Source: Octopus sinensis (taxonomy: Eukaryota). From it: 64,000 nucleotides of DNA. How positions within the stretch are numbered: the stretch's first letter is position 1; every line of letters begins with the position of its first letter. The notes below the pieces were generated by a model. That model saw only the letters and a program-made list of their open reading frames with translations. It searched no databases and was not told the origin of the DNA. The stretch spans positions 5,332,001-5,396,000 of the forward strand of contig NC_043003.1 of assembly GCF_006345805.1 (NCBI RefSeq). The letters are read 5' to 3'. The translations under genes and the position numbers were made by a program. Positions 25,591 to 38,295 of the stretch are shown piece after piece.

Positions 25591-26096
25591 CCTAGCTTCT
25601 ATTATTCTATAAGTTATGTTATAAAATGTTAAAGTATCCTAGCTGTTAAAGAATGTTCATGTCTCACAACATACGTTTCGTACGTTCTCGCACTTTAGGT
25701 TTTTATTATTATTAGCATTATCATTACCATTATTACCTTTTTCAATTATGTTTCCATTTCTTGCCGAGTGTCATCCTGACACTTAGGACAGAGAGACTCA
25801 ATGTATCCATTGGTATGTCATTAAAATAAACACACCAGATTGTTCATTTAGAAAGACATATGATAGAGAAAATAAGGAACAAAGACATTACTATTATTAT
25901 TTTTTAAGGCGTCGCACAATATCCAAAATCGTGATTGAAGACTCCGGGTGTTTGTACAGTCTGTCAAATCACAATGAGCTGAAACAGTGCTTCATGCAAT
26001 CGTTGGGCACTTCCAAGTTAAAAAGGGAGAAAAAGATTCATGTGTGGGCCTAGCGGATTTGTGTTCTGGAAAGAAAGGAAAAGAGGAAGACGAGAC

Positions 26097-26455
26097 GCAA
26101 TTTTTTTCCCATGAGAGTTCCGGACCCTAATTATGAACTCATTTACATATAGCCAATCAGAGATCATCAATCAAACTAATTTATGAGCGCATAAGTAATT
26201 GGGCGATAAGATAAGGTCACGTGGGTAAGGAATGACCATGCCTCTTTTCTCTTTCAATAATGCTTGTTGTTCTTGTTCTTGTTTCAACCATGGCTGCCTC
26301 TGCTTAGTTATTTGTGTTATTGTTTACTTTGTAAAACTCTAAGGGGAGAGTGTTGCTAGCCCATCACCCTCTACTTGTCAAGGTGAGCTCTGATCGGCTG
26401 TATGCAAATGAGTTCATTACTGGGGTCCGGAACTCTCGTAGGGAAAAAAATTCGC
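26097..26455. mobile_element. MITE with ~65 bp terminal inverted repeats and a putative AGAC target-site duplication
   Basis: 26097-26165 and 26385-26455 are reverse complements (gagagttccggaccc / gggtccggaactctc); AGAC at 26093-96 and 26456-59. Confidence 0.8.
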
Positions 26456-26552
26456 AGACGGGACGGAAGAACTAGACGGAGTTGTTTCTATGGCACTTGT
26501 GATGTGTGAGATTCGATGACCAAAAGAAATGAGGATGTTTTGTATGTGTGAA

Positions 26553-27525
26553 TGGAGTTGCCGTCAGATGAACCAGGTTGGAAAAATAGAGATCCATTGC
26601 CGTGTAGATGGAATAGCTGAGACAGGAGAAAGAATACCTCAAGCCGAGGTGTTGACCCTTTTTCTTGGGGCGGCACTTCATCAGATTAAATCAGTTACCG
26701 CCCTTTATTTGAGGGGCCTCATTGACAATAAATACCCCGTTCTAACTATGTACCTGTTGTGTTTCTATTATTTAAGCATGTCAAAACTACATAATATATT
26801 TTCTCTGATAATTATCCCAGTTTGTTGTAGTGTATAGATAGCAATCAAATTGAGACATGCAGTTCAATAGTCTAATCAATGACACACTTCGTTTGATTCA
26901 TTTCGATCGAATATGCCCTCCATGTGATCAGAGTTAGAGATTTAATTATCATCAGCTTCTCGCCAATCCATAGTAACAACAACGAAATCTAGCATCGATT
27001 TTAATCTCCATCAGGAAAATCTATCTGATCGAATTTTTTTTCTATCCAATCAGAATACTTCAATAATTCACAGAGAGACTTGCCTATCATTATTATTTCT
27101 TTTAGATGGCATATTTTCTTCTCATTTGTTTTTACTAATTCTTTAATTTTCATATCGTTATATTATTATTATTAATATTATCATTTTTATTATTATCATT
27201 TGTTTTACGTTTACTTTATGTTACAATTGCTCATGTCTCTGCTTTTTGCATTCAATCTTTACATAAATGGCCAAATATTCACATTTAGTTCTACTGGAGT
27301 TGCCGTCAGATGAGCCAGGTTGGAAAAATAGAGATCCATTGCCGTGTAGATGGAATAGCTGAGACAGGAGAAAGAACACCTCAAGGCGAGATGTTGACCT
27401 TTCTTGTGGGGTGTGACTTCATGAGATTAAATCAGTTTCCGCCCTTTATTTAAGGACACTTATTATGTCTGCGACAGGTCTACCACCTGTCTTCGTCTTT
27501 TGTTCTTTTTTTTGTAAACTCCCCC
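26553..27525. repeat. Two ~157 bp direct repeats, probably Penelope-derived
   Basis: 26553-26710 and 27295-27451 are highly similar; the second is followed by the pLTR end accacctgtcttcgtcttttg..aaactcccc (27482-27525) also seen in the 22355 family. Confidence 0.75.
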
Positions 27526-28277
27526 TATATATATATATAGTAAATAATTTATAGATTAGCTTATCAAATCCCTTTTATATCTAAGGCTGAGAGAACAGAG
27601 GATATTATCTGTTAGGGGTAGGGCTGAGGGAGTAGACAGACATTCTAGTTGGTATAGTCATAAAAAATCAAGATTTATTATAAGCAATCTCATGAGGTTT
27701 AGTAAGGGAAAACTTAAAACATGATGTTAGCTGATAATTAAGGGGGTCGCCCACTAGCAGACCATTGATTATGAAACAGGGGAAGTCTTATCATGTGGTA
27801 CTATAGTTAAATATTTTAAACAATGTTGCTATATTGTATACAGTTAAAGTTTAGGGTTATTCAAAGGATTATTAAGAAGAATATTATAACAAAAGGATAG
27901 AAATTTATGAATACTTTTGAGTATATACCAAACTTTTACCACAATAGATTCATTATGTATTAACTTGCTGTTGTTTCTACTTAACTCCAGGTCAGACGGG
28001 AACAGTGTAAACTACAACCAAGTTCATTTCAGTCAACACCAACCGTTACACTTCACCATTGCCTCTAGTTTCAAACATTGGAGGGATATTTAGTTGCTAT
28101 TTCTAGTATATATATGTATAACAGAGTGAAACCGTTAAAGTAGTGACTCAACAGATCTATAGTTTAATGTTACAGCAGCGACACAATTGACCTGGAGTTT
28201 AGTGAGAAAACGCTCGTCCAAAAGTTTGACAGTATGTGTGTTACCATTTTCTCTGCTTACAATTTTAGATTATATAT

Positions 28278-28508
28278 ATTTCTTTATTACCCACAAGGGG
28301 CTAAACATAGAGGGGACAAACAAGGACAGACAAAGGTATTAAGTCGATTACATCGACCCCAGTACGAAACTGGTACTTTATTTATCGACCCAGAAAGGAT
28401 GAAAGGCAAAGTCGACCTCGGCGGAATTTGAACCCAGAACGTAGCGGCAGACGAAATACCGCTAAGCATTTTGCCCCGCGTGCTAACGTTTCTGCCAGCT
28501 CGCCGCCC
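28278..28508 (-). mobile_element. SINE family A, well-preserved monomer
   Basis: Reverse complement of 25034-25267. Confidence 0.92.
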
Positions 28509-31294
28509 TCTTTTAGATTATATATTCTCTTAAATTAATTTTTACTAATATTAGGTCTGTGATCTTTGGTCAAATTCCTCTTCGCCAAATTTAATAACAT
28601 GTTTCTAATGGAGAAAGAATAATAAACAAATATGGAATAAAAACTGATGAATACTTGCGACGATGAAGCTAAATTTGCGACGTATAAAGAGTTTAGTGTG
28701 ACACTATTAAATATTTCGAGTCTCTACTTTGATTCTATTAGGAAGCAGATACACAACGATATCAATATAAATATTATATATATCCAATTTACTCTAGGAT
28801 CGAGATGAGAAATATCTTAGAGTGAACTTAATCATCAAGAATCGGATATCGTTCGAAGGTTAAGTAAGAAAACCTTTAAACCGTAGAGTCTTCAGAAGAT
28901 TCAGAAATCATGTCTTGTGACTTTACTCTGGTGAGAACGCCATTGTTCACTCCGCCAAAATCTATTTCATAAATATTATAAATCGGGGCAGGAAACATTA
29001 CAAGCTGGAATATTTCAAATGAATTCCTTCTCGTTTGAACCAATGAATAATGGAATGTAGAGAGACGTTAATATTCTTTAAAGCCATGGATGCCGGGCGG
29101 TGATTCTGCGATATAGAAAGAATGGTCTTTGAAGTTTTTCATCGTTTCAGTCAATTGGAGAACAAATGAAGACGTGACAGATAGTGTTTTATTGTTTTCA
29201 TTTTGTCTAATGAGGGCACCGCCCATAGCCCTTCAAAACACCCGCCACTCAGATCGATATCATTGATGTCAGCTTTACAACTTCTACAGATCGAAGATGT
29301 TCTGTAAAACGGAGAGGAGTGTGTTCCTCGTGTTGTTGTTGTTTTTGTGGTTGCTTAGCACCAAGTCGGTACTGATTTATCAGGTCAATGCCGCTCTCAG
29401 AGCTGACCTTCCTATCACAATGCATCGAGAATTTCACCATATAAAACATACTGTGGCCGTTCCGCCTTTCCATTCCACGCCCAAATACATGCTGGAGCTT
29501 AGCGGCAGGTATTTAAAGGGAAAAAATTTGACAAGTCAGTCCGTCACCAGCTGACACTCGCTGACGCTACATCGAAGAGGCCAGGGAACAGAAGAAAGAA
29601 GATATGCACCCAACACCAGAGCTGAAGACACCTCCGAAAGGGAGGGGGCGCCACGTCAAAATGATAGAGGAGTAGGGGCCGAAGCCGGACGTGGTTCCTC
29701 CTGATGATGTCTTGAGCTAACTGGATCCTATAAAGGAGCTGTTGTCGTAGCAGACCACGAAACACGGTTGTAATTCCTTCCTTATCTAATGAAACTTTTT
29801 ATATTTGTAACAGTCAATTGTAGTCGGAAGGCGAACCGGTTGATCCGCGTCCTTGCAGACATTTGAGTTGTACTCGACATGTGTTGTTCTTATTTTATGT
29901 ATCTGTGGTTGTTGTTGTCGTCGATGTATTGTACCGAGCCAACTGTTATAGAGAAAGGGATTAGGGCACACGTGATCACGTGGTTTTTATGAAGTGGTTC
30001 TGACGTCTGAATCTAATGCTCATATATTTTTCTTTGTCTAGTTTATTTGCAAATCGGAAGTTGTGGTGGAAGAGCATTCCTTTGAAGCGTGAATAGACTG
30101 AAGTTTACTTATAATGACCGTGCCTAATGTCTCTGTCAAAATTGAAAGACTTTTGGAGTTTTACGTTTATAGATATTGTGATTTATATGTGTTGTGGTTG
30201 CTGTTGTTTGAACCTGAGCGAAATCTGATCAAGTAGACCAATTCCAACAGTCACTGCAACTGCGACCTTTCCAACGTTTCTTTAGTCTTCGTGAAGTTTA
30301 GAGTCACAATATTTGATGGACACTTCTGTTCTTAAAACACGGTAGGTTGTGATTTACGAAATATTTGGTTTGTAAGACCAATCATTGGTGTGTCTCTCAT
30401 GAGAATCTAACCGAATTTGATTACGACAAATAAAAAGAAACAACATTTTGATATGTTGTAGAGAATTGCATGGCAATTTTCTCTCCAGGAATATATATCT
30501 ACAAATCAGAAAATCTTGTTAGACCACAATTAAGTATGGTATGTGTGATTATACCTCCATTCTGAAATTCCAAATATTTATAAAATTATTGCTCTAATAT
30601 TTTACAGTTGTCACCGAGATAGATATTTGCTTACTATAAAAAGAATTATCTACCGTAATCGGATAGCATTTCCTGGTAATTATTTAGAATTCTGGTTAGA
30701 TTATCATTCAACATAGTTCACCATTTAAAAAGAAAAAAACTCCCGTCAAAATGCTAGTTTTCTTTACAGAACATTTATGGTATATATTTTTTTCTTCCTC
30801 GCCGTGTAAAACTGTGTTTAATAAGCATGAAATAGTTATTCTATTCTGAGAAGTATTCTGTCTTCATGTGTTTGTCTGCTACCAGAATCAATTTCTCTCT
30901 GCAGAGTTCACAAAAAAAAATTCATTATTTCCGTTTAATATGGCTAACGCTATTCATAAGGAAAAGAAGTCATTTAAATCCAATTTGAGCAATATTCAAA
31001 AACAAACTCTATCTATCATTACAACTACATGTATATTATATACGTATGTCTATATACATTCCTACATACATTTATAAACGTGTATATATATATATATACA
31101 CTCACGTATATGTTTATATTAATATGTATGTGCATATATGTATATACATATACAAATATAATATATATATATATATATATGTGCATACATATGTATATAC
31201 ATGAGTGCGTATCTGTGTAGGTTTTATAAGTGCCAACGCATGAAACTCTTGGACCTTGAGTCACTGTTACTTCTGCTATATACATATATATATA

Positions 31295-31344
<50 letters not shown>

Positions 31345-31469
31345 TATTAATGTGTGTATCTATGTATGCATATGTATGTCTCTTCTATCTTTTAACTATT
31401 ATAAATCTTCCAGTGAGGAAGGAGCCGATTTCCAACAAAGATACATATCTCCATCTTTGGGATGAAGTT

Positions 31470-32275
31470 AAAATAGACAAATTCACATTTGGAACTTGAG
31501 AGAAGTCTTCCATATTTTTACCGTTCCACTCGGAGTTATATACGGATCAGCCGCTCGATTTCTCTTTCTGAAAATCCACGTTTATTCAGATTCTCTTTTA
31601 AGCATTTACTAACAAAACCTATTACTCCAATTATTATTGGTATGAATATGTTGTCCAAATAACAATATCCAGCCTGTTATGCTTACATTTGACAGATATT
31701 TTGATGGGAATTTTCCACCAGTATTCCTTGAGTTGGTATTTATGAATGTATTCAGGAACAGAGGGATTTTCTAAGTTTATTTCAGCTCAATCTTTTTTTC
31801 GGATGGCATTGCCAATTGTTTCAGCAATAACATCGTGCCGCATATGGAGGTAGTGCTGTGATGACATTTTAGGACAGTTGCTAATCCCATGCGTAATGTC
31901 TTCCACAGAAACATGACATAGCCTACACATGCGGTTGCACCTTGGCATCACAAGAGCGTCACTGTCTCTCTTGTTCACCAGGTCCTTTGTGGCAATCTCC
32001 AGTTCCTGGATTGCAAACGCATAGCCTTGAAACTGTGATGTAGTACTCCTGTGTCCAAGAACAGCTGAGCTTCGTGTCAGTTCTATCTTCTTCAAGCTTC
32101 CGGGAAACATACCCAAGCATGACCTTTTCTTGTTTTTGTATGCCGAGTGCTTTCTATCCAAGTTTTCTCTAGGGTAAGAGAGCCCAGCTGTTTTGAGGCT
32201 GTATAGGAGATCATCAGGAAGAGAGTGTTTCTTGAGGAGTTCATTGCCGACCCATACAATGTTGCTCACTTCACT
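31470..32275 (-). mobile_element. RLE-type (R4/Dong-like) LINE fragment: CCHC zinc knuckle plus endonuclease
   Basis: ORF 31787-32284 has FAIQELEIATK..CRLCHVSVEDITHGISNCPKMS..RHD; downstream EYWW..HNRLDIVIW..FIPIIIGVIG. Confidence 0.88.
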
Positions 32276-32351
32276 TTTCAGCACTGTAAATATGTATGTG
32301 TCTGTGTACGTGTGTGTGTGTGTGTGTATGTGTGTGTGTGTGTGTGTGTGT

Positions 32352-32666
32352 CATCCAACCAAAGTACAAATATATGGGAAACTACCAACTGTATCATCTC
32401 TTGTGAAAGGTAGAAGAGTCCAGTTTGTTGGACATTGTTGTAGAGCTGAAAAAGAAGTAATTTCTACTCTTCTCCTCTGGAAGCCATCTGCTCGCGATAC
32501 CAGAGGGCGCACACTCTCCTACCCTGATGCAATCTCCAGGGATACAGGCATCCAGCAACAGGACCTCCTTAATGCTATCATGGACCGTGAAGTCTGGCGT
32601 AACATAGTAAATTCCATTGTCTCGACCACGGTCGAGACAATGATGATGATGATGATGATGATGATG
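32352..32666 (+). mobile_element. 5'-truncated RTE-clade LINE with (GAT)n tail inserted in (TG)n
   Basis: HPTKVQIYGKLPTVSSLVKGRRVQFVGHCCR..LLLWKP..AIMDREVWR; terminal hairpin at 32615-32642, then (TGA)n. Confidence 0.9.
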
Positions 32667-32699
32667 TGTGTGTGTATTTAAGTGATGATGCATTCTCCT

Positions 32700-32955
32700 G
32701 TCGAAGACGAGGTATGAATGTCTATTTTTCGCCGAACAACTTGCACAAATGATTTGTTTATACTGATTGAATGTTCTGGCGGTACATTAGCTGAATCTCT
32801 CCATGAAATCGACGTTGTCTGTACAGGTGCACGGTATGCCGCACGTCAGGCGTCGAAATGATCGTAGAGCAACGCGAGATGAAGAGTTTTGTTCAAGAAC
32901 ACAACGACACTCCCGGTACAGGAATTAAAATCACGATCTTGCAACCGTGGAGTGG
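32700..32955 (-). mobile_element. SINE family C, degenerate
   Basis: Reverse complement of 60887-61163 (gtagagcaacgcgagatgaagagttttgttcaagaacac). Confidence 0.7.
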
Positions 32956-33090
32956 GAAGTTAAAGAATTCTTTAATACTGGACACCCAAAATGTTGGATA
33001 AAACCCGATAATTATGCTGAAGCAGTCATACTGTTGATTTATTGAGGGATAAAATTTCATTATTATTATTATAATTATTATTATTATTAT

Positions 33091-33131
<41 letters not shown>

Positions 33132-33142
33132 TTGGTGGTTGT

Positions 33143-33365
33143 AAGGTGGTGTGCTGGCGGAATCGTTTGCTGGTCGGGCAAAATGCTTAGCGGTATTTCG
33201 TCCTTCTTTACGATCTGAGTTCAAATGTAATCGAAGTCGACTTTGTTTTTCATCTTTGCAGGGTTGATAAAAGTACCAGTTACGCATCGGGGTCGATGTA
33301 ATCGACTAACATCCTCATCCCCACCCTCCGAAATGATTTAAGGTTTTGTGATCATAGTAGAAAAT
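33143..33365 (+). mobile_element. SINE family A, degenerate, between (TAG)n tracts
   Basis: gctggcggaatcgtt..aaatgcttagcggtatttcg..gagttcaaat..gtaccagtt. Confidence 0.8.
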
Positions 33366-33394
33366 ATTATTAGTATTATTATTATTATTATTAT

Positions 33395-33426
<32 letters not shown>

Positions 33427-34504
33427 TAGTAGTAGTAGTAGTAGTAATAGTAGTAGTAGCAGCAGTAGTAGACTAGTATGTAGGCGATGATGATGGCATG
33501 TCTTTCTGTCTCCAGTAAAGAGGAGGCGATTGAGCTTGAAATAGCAACCAAATATCACAACACACTCTGCTGCGATAGCAACATATTAGAAATTATATAC
33601 AGGATGGCCGTGGCTGGAATGTCTTTGACCAAAATATTTTTTGTGAAGTGTTGACTTTGATATTGACTAAGAAACTCAAAAAGCAGCACCGCCCTGGCAG
33701 GAGCAACAACAAGAGGCCGTGCGGAGCCGATGTGATAACATCTTTGGTTATTTTGTAAATAAATATTTCAGTTCAATTTTTGAACATAAGCAGTTTCACA
33801 GCTGAAAGGGTTTTAACATATTTTGATCATCTTCACTTGAATTTATTATGAGAATGGCTTGTGAAGAACATAATCTACAAGAAGCTTAACTGAGCTAATA
33901 TTTGACTTCATTTGTGTGCCACGTGGTATTAAGGTGAACGTGACCTCGAAGAAAAACAACAGTTTTCGCGGTCGAAAAAGAACTTGAAAGTATGAATGTT
34001 GACCTTAATGTTTTTATTATTAGGAGGATCTTTGTTGGAATTTCACAGATATGGTCTTTGTTTTTTTCAACCTCACGTATGCACTGCTTGAAAATAAGTA
34101 CGGTTAGAGGCATTCCAGGCGTGACCTTGTCTTCTTGCTTAAATATTCTTTAGCTTCGACTGAATTATAATAGTTACAAAGAACGGCATCTTGAATGATG
34201 TACAAACATTTAATATGATATAAGGAAGGGGATTTGAATTTAAAGCTATTTTAATAGTATATCGCGAGTTTTCTGGAGCCTTGCAAGCTTTCCAGAAAAT
34301 CAGTGAACGTATTATTTGATATCTTTTGTATAACACAGTACGAAGTTCGTCTTAGCAAATGACAAACATGTACACGGCATCGACAATTCTCATGTGTGCC
34401 AGGACAGGACTTATGGGTCACTCCAGAACGATTTCACCTCGCCCTCTGTATATAAAACGATTCCGCCAGCTCACCACTTTATCACCACTACCACTACTAC
34501 TACC

Positions 34505-34535
<31 letters not shown>

Positions 34536-35325
34536 GGTCTATGAAAAGATTTTCTCTCAGACGAAATAAAAGAACAGTAAGAAAATATCATCATGCCTTT
34601 TAACGGTGTATATAAATGTGTGTGAGTGTTTGTGTGTGTGAATATTCAGTATGAATCACAGTTGGTGGTTTTAATCTTGTCATTTCCTTTTTTATAAACG
34701 TAGAATTTAAATTTTGAATGATGCGTGTATGCAATATTTTTACATCCAGCATTAACCTCACACTGAAATATGCAGAGAAGAATCAATAAATCATACTCTT
34801 CGTATATCGATTACCACCCACCATCATCAGCCTTGTCTCGGTTTAATTAATATTTTTAATGAATTCCCTATATTTTAGATGAGTTGCTTTCAAAATAAGC
34901 TGGCAAACTTCTTTTAGTTTGCAAATGTTGAGTCACTCGAAATTGTTAAATCTGACTCACCCAGAGGATTCTTTCCAAACACAAAATATAAACAAATTGC
35001 TTCTAGATTTTACTCGTCTTTTCTCTTTTTTCTCTCAGAAAAAAGTTGTTTTATTTTTAATAACGTCCTAATTTATGTAATTAATCTAAATGAAATATTT
35101 TTCTAATCAATATCTTCTTCAAATGTTTATTACAGAAGCTGTAGCTAAACAAGAATCCGGGGTTTTCAGGGATGGTTAAAGATGCGTCACATGATACACA
35201 GGGAAACTTTCCTTCAGACGAAGTAACTCTTAGAAAACTTTCTCCCAAATATAAAACTAAACTTGTATCGAACTTTATGTATTAAGATTTAGTTGGCATA
35301 CTCTAGGACAACATGAACAACGAGA

Positions 35326-35369
<44 letters not shown>

Positions 35370-35389
35370 TTTGCTCTGTCAAGTCCATA

Positions 35390-35865
35390 CTTACAACAAG
35401 TATGGACTTAACAAAGCAAAAAGTGGTACGAACAAAAACCTGAAGGCCTTATCGTAAATGATAAAGCAAAGATCCTGTGGGATTTTATGATTCAGTGCGG
35501 CCATGAGATAGAGAATAGGAAGCCGGACATAGTCTTAATTGAGAAAGAAAGCAAACGATGCTGGATCATAAATATAGCATGTCCAGCTGACAAGCTATGC
35601 GATAAAGAGAAGTTGATAGATATAACGGGTTAGCTTGGGACATTAAGCAGTTGTAGTCGCTGAAAAAGATGGTTGTAATACCAATAATTGTCGGAGCCCT
35701 AGGAACAGTGAGTAAAATTCTTGAGAAGTACATGGAACAAATAGGGGCTGCAATAACGGTGGCTAGTGATCGAAGAATAAGAGGTTTTACTTTAGTTCAC
35801 TGGTAGTGAACAGCTGATATCGTAGTACATCTCCAGCTTTTGAAGCTGTGCAAAGACAATAAATA
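35390..35865 (+). mobile_element. R4/Dong-like RLE fragment following (TAA)n
   Basis: KWYEQKPEG..NDKAKILWDFMIQC.HEIENRKPDIVLIEK..IINIACPAD..VVIPIIVGALG. Confidence 0.88.
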
Positions 35866-36189
35866 ACAACAATTGTTCCGACTATAAGCAGATAACATTT
35901 AATTTTGCAGCAAGTGGTAAATCGACATTATCGACTGCAGTGCTCTACTTGTCCTTATTTTATGCACTCCGAAATGATAAAAAGCGAAGTAGACCACTAA
36001 TAATCAGAATAATAATGAATGCTGAGGAGTGATCAATGCGGACGATAGTAAAGGAGTCAAAGTTAGAGAAAGGAAACGAAAGTATTAACCGTCTATTTAA
36101 ATGAATGCAGTAAGCAAGCACGAAACCAGTGTAAGTGCAAGAATGACGTCGTAGATGAATGCGCTCAATGTTAGGCGAATGTATGACTT

Positions 36190-36600
36190 GGAAATAACGA
36201 CAAAGTGGAATGAGAAGGAAAGAGAGAATGTGATAAAGAATAGGAATTACAGGATTTTATGGGGTATCTTTATAAAGGCTGACGATTCTCTGGAAGCAAA
36301 GCGACCACATCTAATAATACAGGTCAAAATAAAAATTTTATCTAACAGATATGATATCAAAAGATTAAAAAAATGAGAAATATGAGGACTTAGCCAGAGA
36401 TTAGAAGAGAATGTGGGACATAGATAATTGTATGGTAGTTGAGCACTTGGGAAAAACATTTAAACTGCTACCAATGTCACTGAAAGACATTGGTATTGGG
36501 ACTCGCAGGGTTGACCTGCAAATAATAGGACGATTCTCGAGATTTGAGATGGCCTGTTGTCATCAAACCTCAAGACAACATTCCTGATAAGTGAAGTAAC
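36190..36600 (+). mobile_element. Highly degenerate R4/Dong-like RLE fragment
   Basis: KWNEKERENVIKNRNYRILWGIFIKADDSLEAKRPHLII..YEDLARD. Confidence 0.65.
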
Positions 36601-36650
36601 ATGTAATAGCCATGATGATGATGATGATAATGATAAAAGTAATAAAAACC

Positions 36651-37046
36651 CTTTCTACTAAGGCACGAGGCCTGAAATTTTGGAGGAGGGGACGAGTCGA
36701 TTATATTGAACCCATTACGTAACTGGTATTTGATTTATCTACTCCGAAATATTGGAAGGCAAAGTCGACCTCGGCGGAATTTGAACTAACAACATAGTGG
36801 CAGACGAAATACCTATTTCTTTACTACCCACAAGGGGCTAAACACAGAGAGGACAAACAAGGACAGACAAACGGATTAAGTCGATTATATCGACCCCAGT
36901 GCGTAACTGGTACTTAATTTATCGATCCCGAAAGGACGAAAGTCAAAGTCGACCTCGGCGGAATTTGAACTCAGAACGTAACGGCAGACGAAATACTGCA
37001 AAGCATTTCGCCCGGAATGCTAACGTTTCTGCTAGCTCGCCGCCTT
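36651..37046 (-). mobile_element. Dimeric SINE family A
   Basis: Same two-monomer structure and junction as 7995-8391. Confidence 0.92.
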
Positions 37047-37420
37047 CAAAACAACACCAATAATAATAATAATAATAAAAACAAAGAAGCTTTAGATACT
37101 TTTACAACATATTTGTGAATACATTTCAATACTAAAAGGTCAAGATATTGTATGATAATGCCATTCTATGTTTTATACGAGTTAATAATTTATTTATAAA
37201 TTGTTCTCTAGAAGTATCTTCATATAAAACATTGGCCGTGCTTTACGTAATCATTGAAATAACGGGGAAGAGATGTGTAAATTTTACCTCATAAATTAAC
37301 ATTGTTTTTATTGTACACAAAAATTCTGTTCACAAAAATGCCAAATATAATGACACTAGTTCACAAGAAAAAGTTTACATAAGGTTTTTGCACATATATA
37401 TATATATATATATATATATA

Positions 37421-37610
37421 GGGAGAGTTTACGAAAAAAACAAAAGACGAAGGCAGGTGGTGTAGAAAAAGAGCAGATGTATTAGTATAACGCTCAGGAA
37501 TAGAAAAAGTCTTTTACGTTTCGAACCTACGCTCTTCTACAGAAAGGGACACAGAAAAAACAAGGAGAGAATAAATGTATGTAGTGGCTAACGATCTAAC
37601 ATGGCGACTG
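37421..37610 (-). mobile_element. Penelope-like pLTR fragment, CUGUAGA-hammerhead family
   Basis: Motif at 37511-37546 on the minus strand: cttt-CTGTAGA-a-gagcgtaggttc-GAAA-cg-TA-aaag; abuts (TA)n. Confidence 0.75.
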
Positions 37611-37944
37611 ATATATGTATATGTATGTGTGTGTGTTTAAAAGTAAGTAAAAAGAAAACTTCCTCAAGTTATACACACACACATATAGATAGATAGATAA
37701 ATATATATAGAGAGAGAGATGTGTGGATATGACACAGGTCGATCGTTGAACGTACATTAGAATAATACTAGTGTTGGTGACTGATGTGTTTGTTTTGGAT
37801 ATAATCAAATATACCAGGGATTTCCAACACAAAGGATGATATTGATCTGCACACTTCCCCCTACCACCAATCAGCGAACAATTCCTGGACATTTTCCTGG
37901 CAAATTCGCCATTCTGACCAATTCTGTGTGTGTGGGTACTCTTA

Positions 37945-38295
37945 TATACATATATATACATATATATGTATATATATGTGTGTATATATATATGTGTATA
38001 TATATGTATATATATATGTGTATGTATATGTGTGTGTGTATATGTGTGTATATATATGTATATATATGCGTATGTATATGTGTGTATATATATTTATATG
38101 TGTATGTATATATATGTATATATATGTATATGTGTGTGTATATGTATATATATATATATATATGTGTGTGTATATATATGTATATGTGTGTATATGTATA
38201 TATATATATGTGTGTATGTATATATATGTGTGTGTGTACGTATATGTGTGTGTATATATATATTTATATATATTTGCGTATATACATATACATAA
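37945..38295. repeat. (TA)/(TG) compound microsatellite
   Basis: Directly visible. Confidence 0.95.

Noticed and set aside
33890-34340. Possible hAT transposase C-terminal remnant on the minus strand
   Set aside because: Resemblance is weak and overlaps an old dispersed-repeat motif; not supportable without a search.
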